Below, one piece after another: positions 1 through 7,737 of a stretch of 53,696 nt of DNA. Where the stretch lies: the IMG/VR virus record IMGVR_UViG_3300046171_000043, positions 1 through 53,696 of that record. The stretch is one strand, 5' to 3'. Positions within the stretch are counted from its first letter, which is position 1, and every line of letters starts with the position of its first letter. The notes under the pieces were generated by a model that saw nothing but the letters and a program-made list of their open reading frames with translations, searched no databases and was not told where the DNA came from. Origin of the DNA: a virus (taxonomy: Duplodnaviria; Caudoviricetes). The position numbers and the translations under genes are program-made.

Positions 1-13
1 CATAAAACAAATA

Positions 14-146
14 GTTTAACCCTAAACCATAAAATGTTTAATACTAAACGTTTTTCATACTGAAATTAGTTTAACTTTAAACAAAATATCCGAAAGTATA
101 GTTTAACGTTAAACAATCGATACAAAATAATAGTTTAATATCGAAC
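14..146. repeat. Array of five palindromic GTTTA-N4-TAAAC boxes (putative packaging/origin protein sites)
   Basis: Boxes start at 14, 36, 69, 101, 133 (last is degenerate, ending CGAAC); spacings 22/33/32/32 bp. Confidence 0.8.
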
Positions 147-261
147 TATATATCCGAATGGGGCATGGGCCACCCCCCGGTATACCGTACGTATATATGC
201 CCATTGACAGAGAGGGGTATTTTTGGACTGTTAACCACTTTGTTAATCTTGTGGTTAACAC

Positions 262-291
262 TTGATCAATAATTAAGCATGAATATAACTA
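262..291 (+). promoter_or_regulatory. Putative promoter TTGATC-N16-TATAACTA
   Basis: Same architecture as the sites at 633, 13692 and 43313(-). Confidence 0.55.
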
Positions 292-296
292 CTGGT

Positions 297-428
297 ATGA
301 GAATAATCAAAAGAGATAAGCTGTATTACCTCTATGATGACCGGGGGTACATCCTTCTGAGGACAACATCTAGAAAGATCTGCCAGTATTACTACAAGAA
401 AGGTAAGGTAACAGTTAAGAAAGTGTGA
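297..428 (+). CDS. Small basic hypothetical protein (43 aa, MRIIKRDKLYYLYDDRGY...), possibly leaderless
   Basis: Hand-translated ORF below the track cut-off; ATG lies 7 nt after TATAAC; no SD. Confidence 0.5.
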   Translation: MRIIKRDKLYYLYDDRGYILLRTTSRKICQYYYKKGKVTVKKV

Positions 429-580
429 CATGTTGTCTCTTTGGGTGTATTTCTTGTTGTTTTATACTTGTCGGGGGTATAACTATTAGTATATACTACT
501 ATTAGTACTACTATTAGTATTTATTCTTTTACCTTTTATACTTATAAATACATATAATACTAATAGTTATACTAATAGTA
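424..580 (+). repeat. TGACA-N3-TGTC palindrome + TATAACTA + AT-rich ACTATTAGTA/TACTAATAGT repeats (ori-like)
   Basis: Repeats visible at 481-580; a similar element in opposite orientation at 50535-50650. Confidence 0.55.
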
Positions 581-632
581 CCCATATCATCTTTTGTTGT
601 CCTATTTTCGACAGAAAATTGAAAGTCTTAGG

Positions 633-662
633 TTGACTTATAGGGTACTTTACGTACAACTA
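633..662 (+). promoter_or_regulatory. Putative promoter TTGACT-N16-TACAACTA
   Basis: Directly upstream of ATG 681 and the lysis genes. Confidence 0.55.
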
Positions 663-680
663 GCCAACATAAGTAAAAAT

Positions 681-935
681 ATGAATAAAAGAGTAAAGTA
701 CTTTGAGTCAGACTCAGTACTAGAAGAGTTCTACAAAGCATTAGCAGACAGAAACGAGAAGAAATTACGTAGGGTACACATCCCACGTTCTGATGTCTTC
801 TATATTCGTAGAGCTTACTATGAGTCTACAGGCCACTGGGTATCCCTAGATAGAATGGAGAGGTCAATGTACCTCGAAGGTATGCTCCGTAAGCAAGATG
901 TTTTAGATCCTGACAGAAAAAGAGACTGGGAATAA
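681..935 (+). CDS. Hypothetical protein (likely start ATG 681 rather than 594)
   Basis: ORF track 594..935; ATG follows the promoter; stop overlaps the next start. Confidence 0.7.
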   Translation: MNKRVKYFESDSVLEEFYKALADRNEKKLRRVHIPRSDVFYIRRAYYESTGHWVSLDRMERSMYLEGMLRKQDVLDPDRKRDWE

Positions 936-1267
936 TGGTAGTGGACTTTGATATTGATGGTGATGGTAAAATCACAGCAGAAGAAGTAGCTATGAAAGAA
1001 CGTATGCTTGAAATAGAGCTACGTGAAGAGAAAGCAGAGTCCCAGAAGTTTATGGCCTGGGTAGCTATGGCTATGATGATCATCTTTACTATCTTTTTAT
1101 TTACTCCGTTTATGTCAGATTCAAGAGTGTCAGCATTAGCTGATCTCTTAGGTTTATTTTACATAGCTCAGACTGGTGTAGTAGCTGCCTATATGGGTGC
1201 AACAGCTTACATGGCAGGTAAACCTATGGGTAACAAAGTAGCAATGACGGCAAAGGATATGAGGTAA
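935..1267 (+). CDS. Putative holin, two TM helices, N-terminal EF-hand-like loop
   Basis: Two hydrophobic segments; DIDGDGKITAEE; immediately upstream of the endolysin. Confidence 0.55.
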   Translation: MVVDFDIDGDGKITAEEVAMKERMLEIELREEKAESQKFMAWVAMAMMIIFTIFLFTPFMSDSRVSALADLLGLFYIAQTGVVAAYMGATAYMAGKPMGNKVAMTAKDMR

Positions 1268-1734
1268 TGGCTTTTAAACTATCAGCTAGATCAAGAGGAA
1301 AACTAGAAGGTGTATCTCCTGACCTTGTGGCTGTAGTCCACAGGGCCATTGAGCTTACGAAGGTAGACTTTGGTGTGACGTATGGTGTCAGAACCTACGC
1401 AGAGCAGGAAGAGTTGTATAAGTCAGGCCGTAGCCAAACTATGAACAGTAAGCACTTGATCCAAGATGATGGGTATAGCCATGCCGTAGACCTCGTAGCC
1501 TATTTTGGTTCTAACGTAAGTTGGGAACTCAACGTCTATGATGACATCTGTGATGCTATGAAGGAAGCAGCTATTGAAGTTGGTTGCCCTCTGAAGTGGG
1601 GAGCAGCTTGGTCTGAAGGTGATATCAGAACTTACCCAGGCACTGCAGAAGATGCAATGAATGCTTATGTAGACCTAAGGAGATCCCAGGGCAGAAGACC
1701 CTTCATCGATGCCCCACATTTCGAGAAGATGTAA
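1267..1734 (+). CDS. Endolysin, M15 family L-Ala-D-Glu peptidase
   Basis: GVRT..EQ..L, SKH, HAVD, WGAAW, DAPHFE zinc-peptidase motifs. Confidence 0.9.
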   Translation: MAFKLSARSRGKLEGVSPDLVAVVHRAIELTKVDFGVTYGVRTYAEQEELYKSGRSQTMNSKHLIQDDGYSHAVDLVAYFGSNVSWELNVYDDICDAMKEAAIEVGCPLKWGAAWSEGDIRTYPGTAEDAMNAYVDLRRSQGRRPFIDAPHFEKM

Positions 1735-1737
1735 GCC

Positions 1738-1968
1738 ATGTATGAGATGATAGACATATTCATGCAGTGGCTTATTGCACCTATTGTTGTTGTAGTCTGG
1801 GTCTTATTTAACAAGGCTACAAAGAACGAAAGAGATATTGCAGTCATCAAAGCTCAACAGGAGTCAAGAGCTTTGCATCACGACAGAGAAATGAAAGAGA
1901 TGAAAGATACCATCAAAGCTATCTTTATGAAACTAGATAGTATAGAGCAGACACTGAGAAACAAATGA
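1738..1968 (+). CDS. Membrane protein with N-terminal TM and coiled coil (lysis accessory/holin-like)
   Basis: WLIAPIVVVVWVLF followed by a heptad-rich tail; lies in the lysis cassette. Confidence 0.6.
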   Translation: MYEMIDIFMQWLIAPIVVVVWVLFNKATKNERDIAVIKAQQESRALHHDREMKEMKDTIKAIFMKLDSIEQTLRNK

Positions 1969-2342
1969 GATGGTTAGTTCTCTTCCTATTTCTTTCTGGA
2001 TGTGGGTTAACATCTATACTTCCGTTTGGTGGATCTGGTGGACCTACAGTTAATAGTAATGCCCAGATAGGTAAAGAGAACAGACAAGCTGCAGTAACCT
2101 TTGAAGAAGAGATTACAGCAGGTAGAGATGTTGTTCAAACAACAAAAGAAGTTGAGACAGGTTCTGTGGAAACTCTAGAAATATTTAACACAAACATACC
2201 ACCGTGGGTTATTGTGCTCCTCATACTTGGTTGGTTGTTGCCCACCCCTACAGAAATGGCTAGGGGTTTCATGAATTTTGTGTTAAGATTATTTGGACGT
2301 AAAGATAATCCTAAGTACGACAGGTATAGATCAAAGTGGTAA
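1965..2342 (+). CDS. Lipoprotein with C-terminal TM; candidate unimolecular spanin
   Basis: Signal peptide with LSGC lipobox; PPWVIVLLILGWLLP near the C-terminus. Confidence 0.6.
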   Translation: MRWLVLFLFLSGCGLTSILPFGGSGGPTVNSNAQIGKENRQAAVTFEEEITAGRDVVQTTKEVETGSVETLEIFNTNIPPWVIVLLILGWLLPTPTEMARGFMNFVLRLFGRKDNPKYDRYRSKW

Positions 2343-2395
2343 GGGTAAGACAGTGAACGTCCCACGTTCCCCTTACAAATTAATCAGAGGTTAAG

Positions 2396-2689
2396 ATGGC
2401 AGTACCTGAACGAGTCAAAGCAATAATGAAGAAGGAGGGTTTATCTGGTGTTAACAAACCTAAGAAAACTCCTAAGCACCCGACTAAATCGCATGTGGTC
2501 ATGGCTTCGGAAGGTGGTAAGTACAAGCTTATCCGCTTTGGGCAACAAGGTGTATCTGGCTCTCCCAAAAAGAAGGGTGAGTCTGATTCGTCTGCAAACC
2601 GTAGGAAATCGTTTAAAGCTCGTCATTCAAAGAACATTAGCAAAGGTAAAATGTCTGCTGCGTATTGGGCAGACAAAGTAAAGTGGTGA
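2396..2689 (+). CDS. Lys-rich basic hypothetical protein
   Basis: SD GAGG; IRFGQQG, RRKSFKARH, SAAYWA motifs I recall from marine phage proteins. Confidence 0.75.
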   Translation: MAVPERVKAIMKKEGLSGVNKPKKTPKHPTKSHVVMASEGGKYKLIRFGQQGVSGSPKKKGESDSSANRRKSFKARHSKNISKGKMSAAYWADKVKW

Positions 2690-2693
2690 TATT

Positions 2694-2882
2694 ATGTGGG
2701 TCGGGATCTTACTCGTCTGCTTTGATCCTATGGCCCTATCCTGTAAGATTATAGCAAAACCAGAACCGTTCTATACAGAACAATCTTGTTTAGAGGAAGC
2801 TGAACAAATAGCTATCAACATAAGAGCAGGAGGTGCTTATGCTACACCACACTGCCATAAGGTTGAAGGAAATAATACGTAA
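2694..2882 (+). CDS. Small hydrophobic-N-terminal Cys-containing protein
   Basis: ORF packed between neighbouring genes; 4 Cys. Confidence 0.6.
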   Translation: MWVGILLVCFDPMALSCKIIAKPEPFYTEQSCLEEAEQIAINIRAGGAYATPHCHKVEGNNT

Positions 2883-3067
2883 TGGCTGCAAAAAAGAAAT
2901 CAACGGTAAATGCTGCAGGTAACTACACAAAGCCGACTATGAGAAAGAATCTAGTTGCTAAAGTCAAAGCAGGATCTAAAGGTGGTAAGCCCGGTCAGTG
3001 GTCTGCTCGTAAAGCTCAGATGGTAGCCAAGCAATACAAAGCCAAGGGTGGAGGCTACAAGTCATGA
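2882..3067 (+). CDS. Lys-rich basic protein (DUF5872-like N-half)
   Basis: YTKP...GGKPGQWSARKAQM motif; start/stop overlap with neighbours. Confidence 0.7.
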   Translation: MAAKKKSTVNAAGNYTKPTMRKNLVAKVKAGSKGGKPGQWSARKAQMVAKQYKAKGGGYKS

Positions 3068-3549
3068 AAGCACCACAGAAGTCTCTCAAGAAGTGGGGTG
3101 ACCAGAAGTGGAGAACCTCAGACGGATCTCCTTCTAAAGGTAAGAAAAGATATCTACCAGATAAAGCTTGGGACTCTTTGAGTGCAAGTGAGAAAGCTGC
3201 AACCAATGCAGCAAAAGCAAAAGGCAATGCCAAGGGTAAACAGTTCGTAGCACAACCCAAAGGTGTAGCAAAAAAAGTTAAAAAATTTAGAGCAGCAGAG
3301 GGTGGCATGGCTAAAGGTAAAAAGAAAATGACTTGTCCAAAATGTAAAGGGGCAGGATGTTCTCATTGTGGTGGTAAAGGATATCACATGGGTATGAGTA
3401 AAGGTGGAGACACTGGTAAGAACCCAAACAAAGGTATCACAGCACTGCGTAAAGTAGCTCCGGGTGCAGTTAAAGCTATGGGGTACAAACATGGTGGACT
3501 TACGAGGTCTACTGGTAAACTAGATACTGGCATTAAAGGGTGTGAATAA
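3064..3549 (+). CDS. Lys-rich protein (DUF5872-like C-half) with CxxCxGxG zinc-finger repeats
   Basis: QKSLKKW..Q.WRT, RYLP motifs; CPKCKGAGCSHCGGKG. Confidence 0.7.
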   Translation: MKAPQKSLKKWGDQKWRTSDGSPSKGKKRYLPDKAWDSLSASEKAATNAAKAKGNAKGKQFVAQPKGVAKKVKKFRAAEGGMAKGKKKMTCPKCKGAGCSHCGGKGYHMGMSKGGDTGKNPNKGITALRKVAPGAVKAMGYKHGGLTRSTGKLDTGIKGCE

Positions 3550-4139
3550 TGGCTTCATATAAAGATTATAAAACAGTTGCTGCTGCAAAAAAAGCAGGAT
3601 CTATGTATTTCATGGGTAAAGACGGTAAGAAGAAACTTGCTGTCACCAAAGAAGATTTGGATGCTTGGAAGAAAAAGAACAAGGGTAAGTACAAAGGTTC
3701 AGCACTTACAGCTTGGGCTAATGCCAAGGGTAAAGACATTGGTGGTTCTAGTGCTCGTGATTCTTCTCCTAAGCCTAAGCTACGTCCAGGTTCAGAGTCT
3801 GCAGGTCCGGGTATGGGTGTAATGACTAAAGCTGAAAAGGATGAAGTTGATGCAGCCAACAAATCTAATCAAGCTGCTAAAGACAAAATGTCTGGTAAAT
3901 CTGAAAGAGAGTCTGCAGGTCAAAAGTTTAATGCTTGGTACAAAGAGAATGGTGACAAGTACAAAACTATGAAGTCAGCCATGGAAGCCTACCAGAGTTC
4001 TTTGAAGTCTGGAAACTCTAAAGGTGGTATGGCTAAGAAAAAGAAATCAGGCTACATGGGTGGTGGTATGACTAAGAAGAAGTCAGGCTACACAAAAGGT
4101 GGTATGGTTGACATGAGAACAACAGGATTGTTTAGATGA
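3549..4139 (+). CDS. Lys-rich protein with C-terminal xxGGM repeats
   Basis: ORF track; SKGGM/YMGGGM/YTKGGM. Confidence 0.75.
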   Translation: MASYKDYKTVAAAKKAGSMYFMGKDGKKKLAVTKEDLDAWKKKNKGKYKGSALTAWANAKGKDIGGSSARDSSPKPKLRPGSESAGPGMGVMTKAEKDEVDAANKSNQAAKDKMSGKSERESAGQKFNAWYKENGDKYKTMKSAMEAYQSSLKSGNSKGGMAKKKKSGYMGGGMTKKKSGYTKGGMVDMRTTGLFR

Positions 4140-4417
4140 AACTAGAAGGTGATCGAGTAATTGGCCCTCGTGGTGACGTTTTAGCTGAGAAAGTCTATGG
4201 AGAATGGCAGACAAAGGATGCTGCCGTTCTTGACTTTATTAACGGTCAGGACAAACCAAAGAAGAAAGCAGCCCCTAAGAAAAAGGCTAAAGTAGAAGAA
4301 GAATTGGTAATGGAACGTGCTCGTGATGAGAACGGTCACTTCATTGCTGATGATCCTGATACTGAAGTCAACGAAGCTTGGGTAGTCAAAACAATTAAGA
4401 AGGTAGTGAAGAAGTAA
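4136..4417 (+). CDS. Hypothetical protein
   Basis: RARDENGHFIADDP..NEAW motif; coupled start/stop. Confidence 0.75.
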   Translation: MKLEGDRVIGPRGDVLAEKVYGEWQTKDAAVLDFINGQDKPKKKAAPKKKAKVEEELVMERARDENGHFIADDPDTEVNEAWVVKTIKKVVKK

Positions 4418-4776
4418 TGTCTTTTTCTCAACAGGGTAAACCTGCACGTATTAAGTCAGTGTATGGTCACAATACAGGCACATCTACAGAAGAGGTCTAT
4501 ACTTGCCCTGAGAATGCTGTGGCAGAGGTTACCTTTATTCATGTTGTCAACGGTGGAGGTTCTACCAATACTGTAGAGATTGAATGGTACGTAGCTGCAG
4601 ACTCATATACTTCTCACTTCCTACAGGGTAAAAGTATTAATGCTAGTGACTATATTAGCTTTAATCAGATTGACTTAGTTTTACAACCTGGGGATAAGAT
4701 CCAAGTAACTCCATCTTCTGCAGGACATATAGATACTATCCTTACTGTGACAGAGACATTTGTCCCAGTCGGGTAA
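4417..4776 (+). CDS. Hypothetical beta-rich protein, possibly structural
   Basis: ORF track; LVLQPGDKIQV motif like small phage virion proteins. Confidence 0.7.
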   Translation: MSFSQQGKPARIKSVYGHNTGTSTEEVYTCPENAVAEVTFIHVVNGGGSTNTVEIEWYVAADSYTSHFLQGKSINASDYISFNQIDLVLQPGDKIQVTPSSAGHIDTILTVTETFVPVG

Positions 4777-4781
4777 CGGGG

Positions 4782-4812
4782 TTGCATTTTTTATAATAGT
4801 ATAGTATAACTA
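4782..4812 (+). promoter_or_regulatory. Sigma70-type promoter TTGCAT-N17-TATAAC(TA)
   Basis: -35 at 4782-4787, -10 at 4805-4810. Confidence 0.65.
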
Positions 4813-4823
4813 ATAACATATAA

Positions 4824-4860
4824 CTACTCCTGCCCAATAAGGGTTAACCACAAGGAGTAG
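4824..4860 (+). promoter_or_regulatory. Anti-SD hairpin in the DUF1127 leader
   Basis: CTACTCCT (4824-4831) is the exact reverse complement of AGGAGTAG (4853-4860), which contains the SD. Confidence 0.55.
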
Positions 4861-4863
4861 AAA

Positions 4864-5025
4864 ATGTTTAAAAGATTACTAAATAAAATGATTGAAGCAA
4901 GACAAGCCCAAGCAAATGCTCGTATTGCTGAGATGCACCTCTGGAGAATGTCAGACAGAGAACTTAACGATCTAGGTATTGGTCGTGCAGATATCAAAAG
5001 AATCGTGAGAGAAGGTAAAGTCTAA
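4864..5025 (+). CDS. DUF1127 (YjiS-like) small protein, 53 aa
   Basis: Hand translation MFKRLLNKMIEARQAQANARIAEMHLWRMSDRELNDLGIGRADIKRIVREGKV; SD.EL.DLG..R.DI signature; strong SD. Confidence 0.85.
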   Translation: MFKRLLNKMIEARQAQANARIAEMHLWRMSDRELNDLGIGRADIKRIVREGKV

Positions 5026-5044
5026 CGTCTTTGGGAGGAGGCAG

Positions 5045-5500
5045 ATGGATCCAGTTACTATAATTTCAGGGGCCACTGTCGCATTTAATGCTCTCAAGAA
5101 AGGCTTTGCTGTAGGAAAAGATCTTCAGGATATGTCCAGTCAACTAACTAAGTGGGCAGGACATATGTCTGATCTAGGTCAGGCTGAGAAACAAGTTAAG
5201 AATCCTCCTTGGTGGAAATCCTTAGGAGGCTCAGTAGAGGCCGAAAGTTTGGAAGTTTTTGCAGCCAAGCGTAAGGCAGAGGCCATGAGAAAAGAGTTGA
5301 AGGATTATATATCTTTCACTATGGGGCCATCGGCATGGGACGAGCTAGTGGCAATCGAGGCCAAGATTCGTAAACAAAAGAAAGAACAAGAATACCGTAA
5401 AGCAGAACTACAAGAGGCAATACTTACTTGGACAGTAACAAGTTTACTTCTTGCACTAGGTTTTGGTACTCTTGGCTTTATATTATACATGGTGGCATAA
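5045..5500 (+). CDS. Hypothetical protein with C-terminal TM helix
   Basis: SD GGGAGGAGG; MDPVT start; coiled coil followed by a hydrophobic tail. Confidence 0.75.
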   Translation: MDPVTIISGATVAFNALKKGFAVGKDLQDMSSQLTKWAGHMSDLGQAEKQVKNPPWWKSLGGSVEAESLEVFAAKRKAEAMRKELKDYISFTMGPSAWDELVAIEAKIRKQKKEQEYRKAELQEAILTWTVTSLLLALGFGTLGFILYMVA

Positions 5501-5862
5501 TGGCTAGAAACCTGACAGAGAAACAACAGAAGTTCCTTGATGTCCTCTTTGACGAGGCTAGGGGAGATCCTGTGACAGCTAAGAAACTAGCAGGGTATGC
5601 TGAAGGTGTTTCTACATCAAGTATTGTTAATACCTTGACAGACGAGATTGCAGACCTTACAAAGAAGTTCATAGCACAATCGTCTACTAAGGCTGCTTAT
5701 ACTATGTTCTCTGTTATGGCTGATCCTACAGATCTAGGTGTAAAAGAAAAGATGTTAGCAGCTAAAGACATTCTAGATCGTGCAGGATTTACAAAAACAG
5801 ATAAGGTAGAGGTGAAAGCTACAGAGCCATTATTCATCCTACCTGCGAAAGAAGATGAGTAA
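5500..5862 (+). CDS. terS: Terminase small subunit (likely start ATG 5500)
   Basis: LTEKQQKFL...AKKLAGY and AAKDILDRAG motifs; upstream of terL. Confidence 0.7.
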   Translation: MARNLTEKQQKFLDVLFDEARGDPVTAKKLAGYAEGVSTSSIVNTLTDEIADLTKKFIAQSSTKAAYTMFSVMADPTDLGVKEKMLAAKDILDRAGFTKTDKVEVKATEPLFILPAKEDE

Positions 5863-6376
5863 AAGAGCATCCGAAGCAAGTCACCCGACTAAAGTAGACT
5901 GGCAGATACCACTTAGAGGTGAAAAAGGAGAGTGGTATCCTGTTGTAAGAGTAGGAAGACACGTACCATTTGGTTACAAACAGGATGAAGAAGACGAAAT
6001 GCTTTTGATTCCTATCCCTGAAGAACTAGAACTTTTAGAAAAAGCAAAGAAATTTCTTCAAGACTATAGTGTTAGACAAGTAGCTAAGTGGTTGTCTGAT
6101 CAGTCTGGTAGAAACATCTCACATGTAGGGTTATACAAACGTGTCAGAATGGAAGAAAAAAGACGGAGAGCCTCGTCCAACTACCGTCAGTATGCCAAAA
6201 AATATAAAGAAGCGGCAAGGAAGAGCCAGAAGATCGAAGAAGAAAGACTTGGTGGAAAGCACACCAGAAGTCTTGACACAGACGAAGAATACATCTACCT
6301 TGAGCATGGAGAACGATGCCCCTTCTGTGGCAACACAAGAGGTGATCTTCCAACCGAATCCGGGTCCACAGACTAA
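5855..6376 (+). CDS. Putative DNA-binding protein (recombinase-domain-like HTH)
   Basis: VPFGY...SVRQVAKWLS...ISHVGL pattern. Confidence 0.55.
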   Translation: MSKRASEASHPTKVDWQIPLRGEKGEWYPVVRVGRHVPFGYKQDEEDEMLLIPIPEELELLEKAKKFLQDYSVRQVAKWLSDQSGRNISHVGLYKRVRMEEKRRRASSNYRQYAKKYKEAARKSQKIEEERLGGKHTRSLDTDEEYIYLEHGERCPFCGNTRGDLPTESGSTD

Positions 6377-7728
6377 GTTTCTTGCTTCAACAGAACAAGA
6401 AGTCCTATATGGAGGAGCAGCAGGTGGTGGAAAAAGCTATTCGTTGGTTGCAGATCCAGTCAGGTTCTTTACAAACCCACATGCACGAATGCTACTTGTT
6501 CGTCGTAGTACAGAAGAGCTTAGAGAACTTATATCAGTAAGTAAACAACTATACCCAAAAGCTATACCGGGTATAAGGTTTATGGAAAGAGATAAGACTT
6601 GGGTAGCTCCGAGTGGCGCTACACTCTGGATGTCTTACCTTGATCGTGATGACGATGTTATGCGCTATCAGGGTCAGGCATTTAACTGGATCGGTTTTGA
6701 CGAATTAACGCAATGGCCTACACCTTATCCTTGGAATTATATGAGGTCACGTCTTCGTACAACCAAAGCCAGTGGACTACCCTTATATATGAGGGCCACT
6801 AGTAACCCTGGCGGTCCTGGGCATCAATGGGTTAAGAAGACTTTTATTAACCCTTCGTCACATAACAAGGCTTTTTGGGCAACGGATACAGATAGTGGTG
6901 AAGTTATATGCTGGCCGAAAGGTCATAGTCGAGAAGGTGAGCCACTGTTTAAACGTAGGTTTATACCTGCTACCCTTATTCGATAATCCTTATTTAGCAG
7001 ATGATGGTATGTATGAGGCTAATCTTCTGTCGTTACCTGAGCATCAACGTAGGCAACTACTAGAAGGTGATTGGGATATTAATGAAGGTGCTGCCTTTCC
7101 AGAGTTTAATCGTAGGATTCATGTTGTAGATCCTTATGATATACCCTCTAACTGGACAAGGTTTAGAGCTGCAGATTATGGTTATGGTTCTTACAGTGGT
7201 GTTCTTTGGTTTGCTGTAACCCCTGCAGAACAACTTGTAATTTATAGGGAAATGTATGTAAGTAAGGTTATAGCCACAGATTTAGCTGATATGATTTTAG
7301 AGGTTGAATCAGGAGAGAAAATGCGCTATGGTGTTTTGGATTCTAGTTTATGGCATAATCGTGGTGATACTGGGCCATCATTGGCTGAACAGATGATTAT
7401 GAAAGGTTGTCGTTGGAGGCCTGCAGATAGATCTAAAGGCTCTCGTGTATCTGGTAAAAACGAAATACACAGACGGTTACAAGTAGATGAGTTTACCGAG
7501 GAGTCTAGGTTAGTTATTTTTAATAACTGTACTAATCTTATTTCTCAATTACCAGCAATACCTCTGGATAAAAACAATCCAGAAGATGTAGATACTAATT
7601 CAGAAGATCACCTGTATGACGCTTTGCGTTATGGTGTAATGACAAGACCAAGAAGTAATGTTTTTGACTTTGATCCAGCCTCTCAGCATACAGGGTTTCA
7701 AGTCAGTGATCCAACCTTTGGCTACTAA
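6141..7728 (+). CDS. terL: Terminase large subunit, split by a 1-bp insertion at ~6973-6975 (start uncertain)
   Basis: Walker A YGGAAGGGKS, Walker B IGFDE, ATSNPGG, nuclease ADYGY and DHLYDALRY; removing one C restores FIPATLFDNPYL. Confidence 0.92.
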
Positions 7729-7737
7729 GGAAGTAAT

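Noticed and set aside
14-146. Mini-CRISPR array
   Set aside because: Repeats are only 14 bp with 8-19 bp gaps; no cas operon; the Cas4-like protein is a typical phage replication-module nuclease.
5855-6376. Integrase / temperate lifestyle
   Set aside because: Only a short recombinase-like DNA-binding segment; no catalytic domain, repressor or att site recognised.
6970-6986. Programmed +1 frameshift in terL (ACC CTT A)
   Set aside because: One extra C in a short homopolymer breaks a conserved FIPATLFDNP motif; similar indels elsewhere point to sequencing error. Read inspection would settle it.
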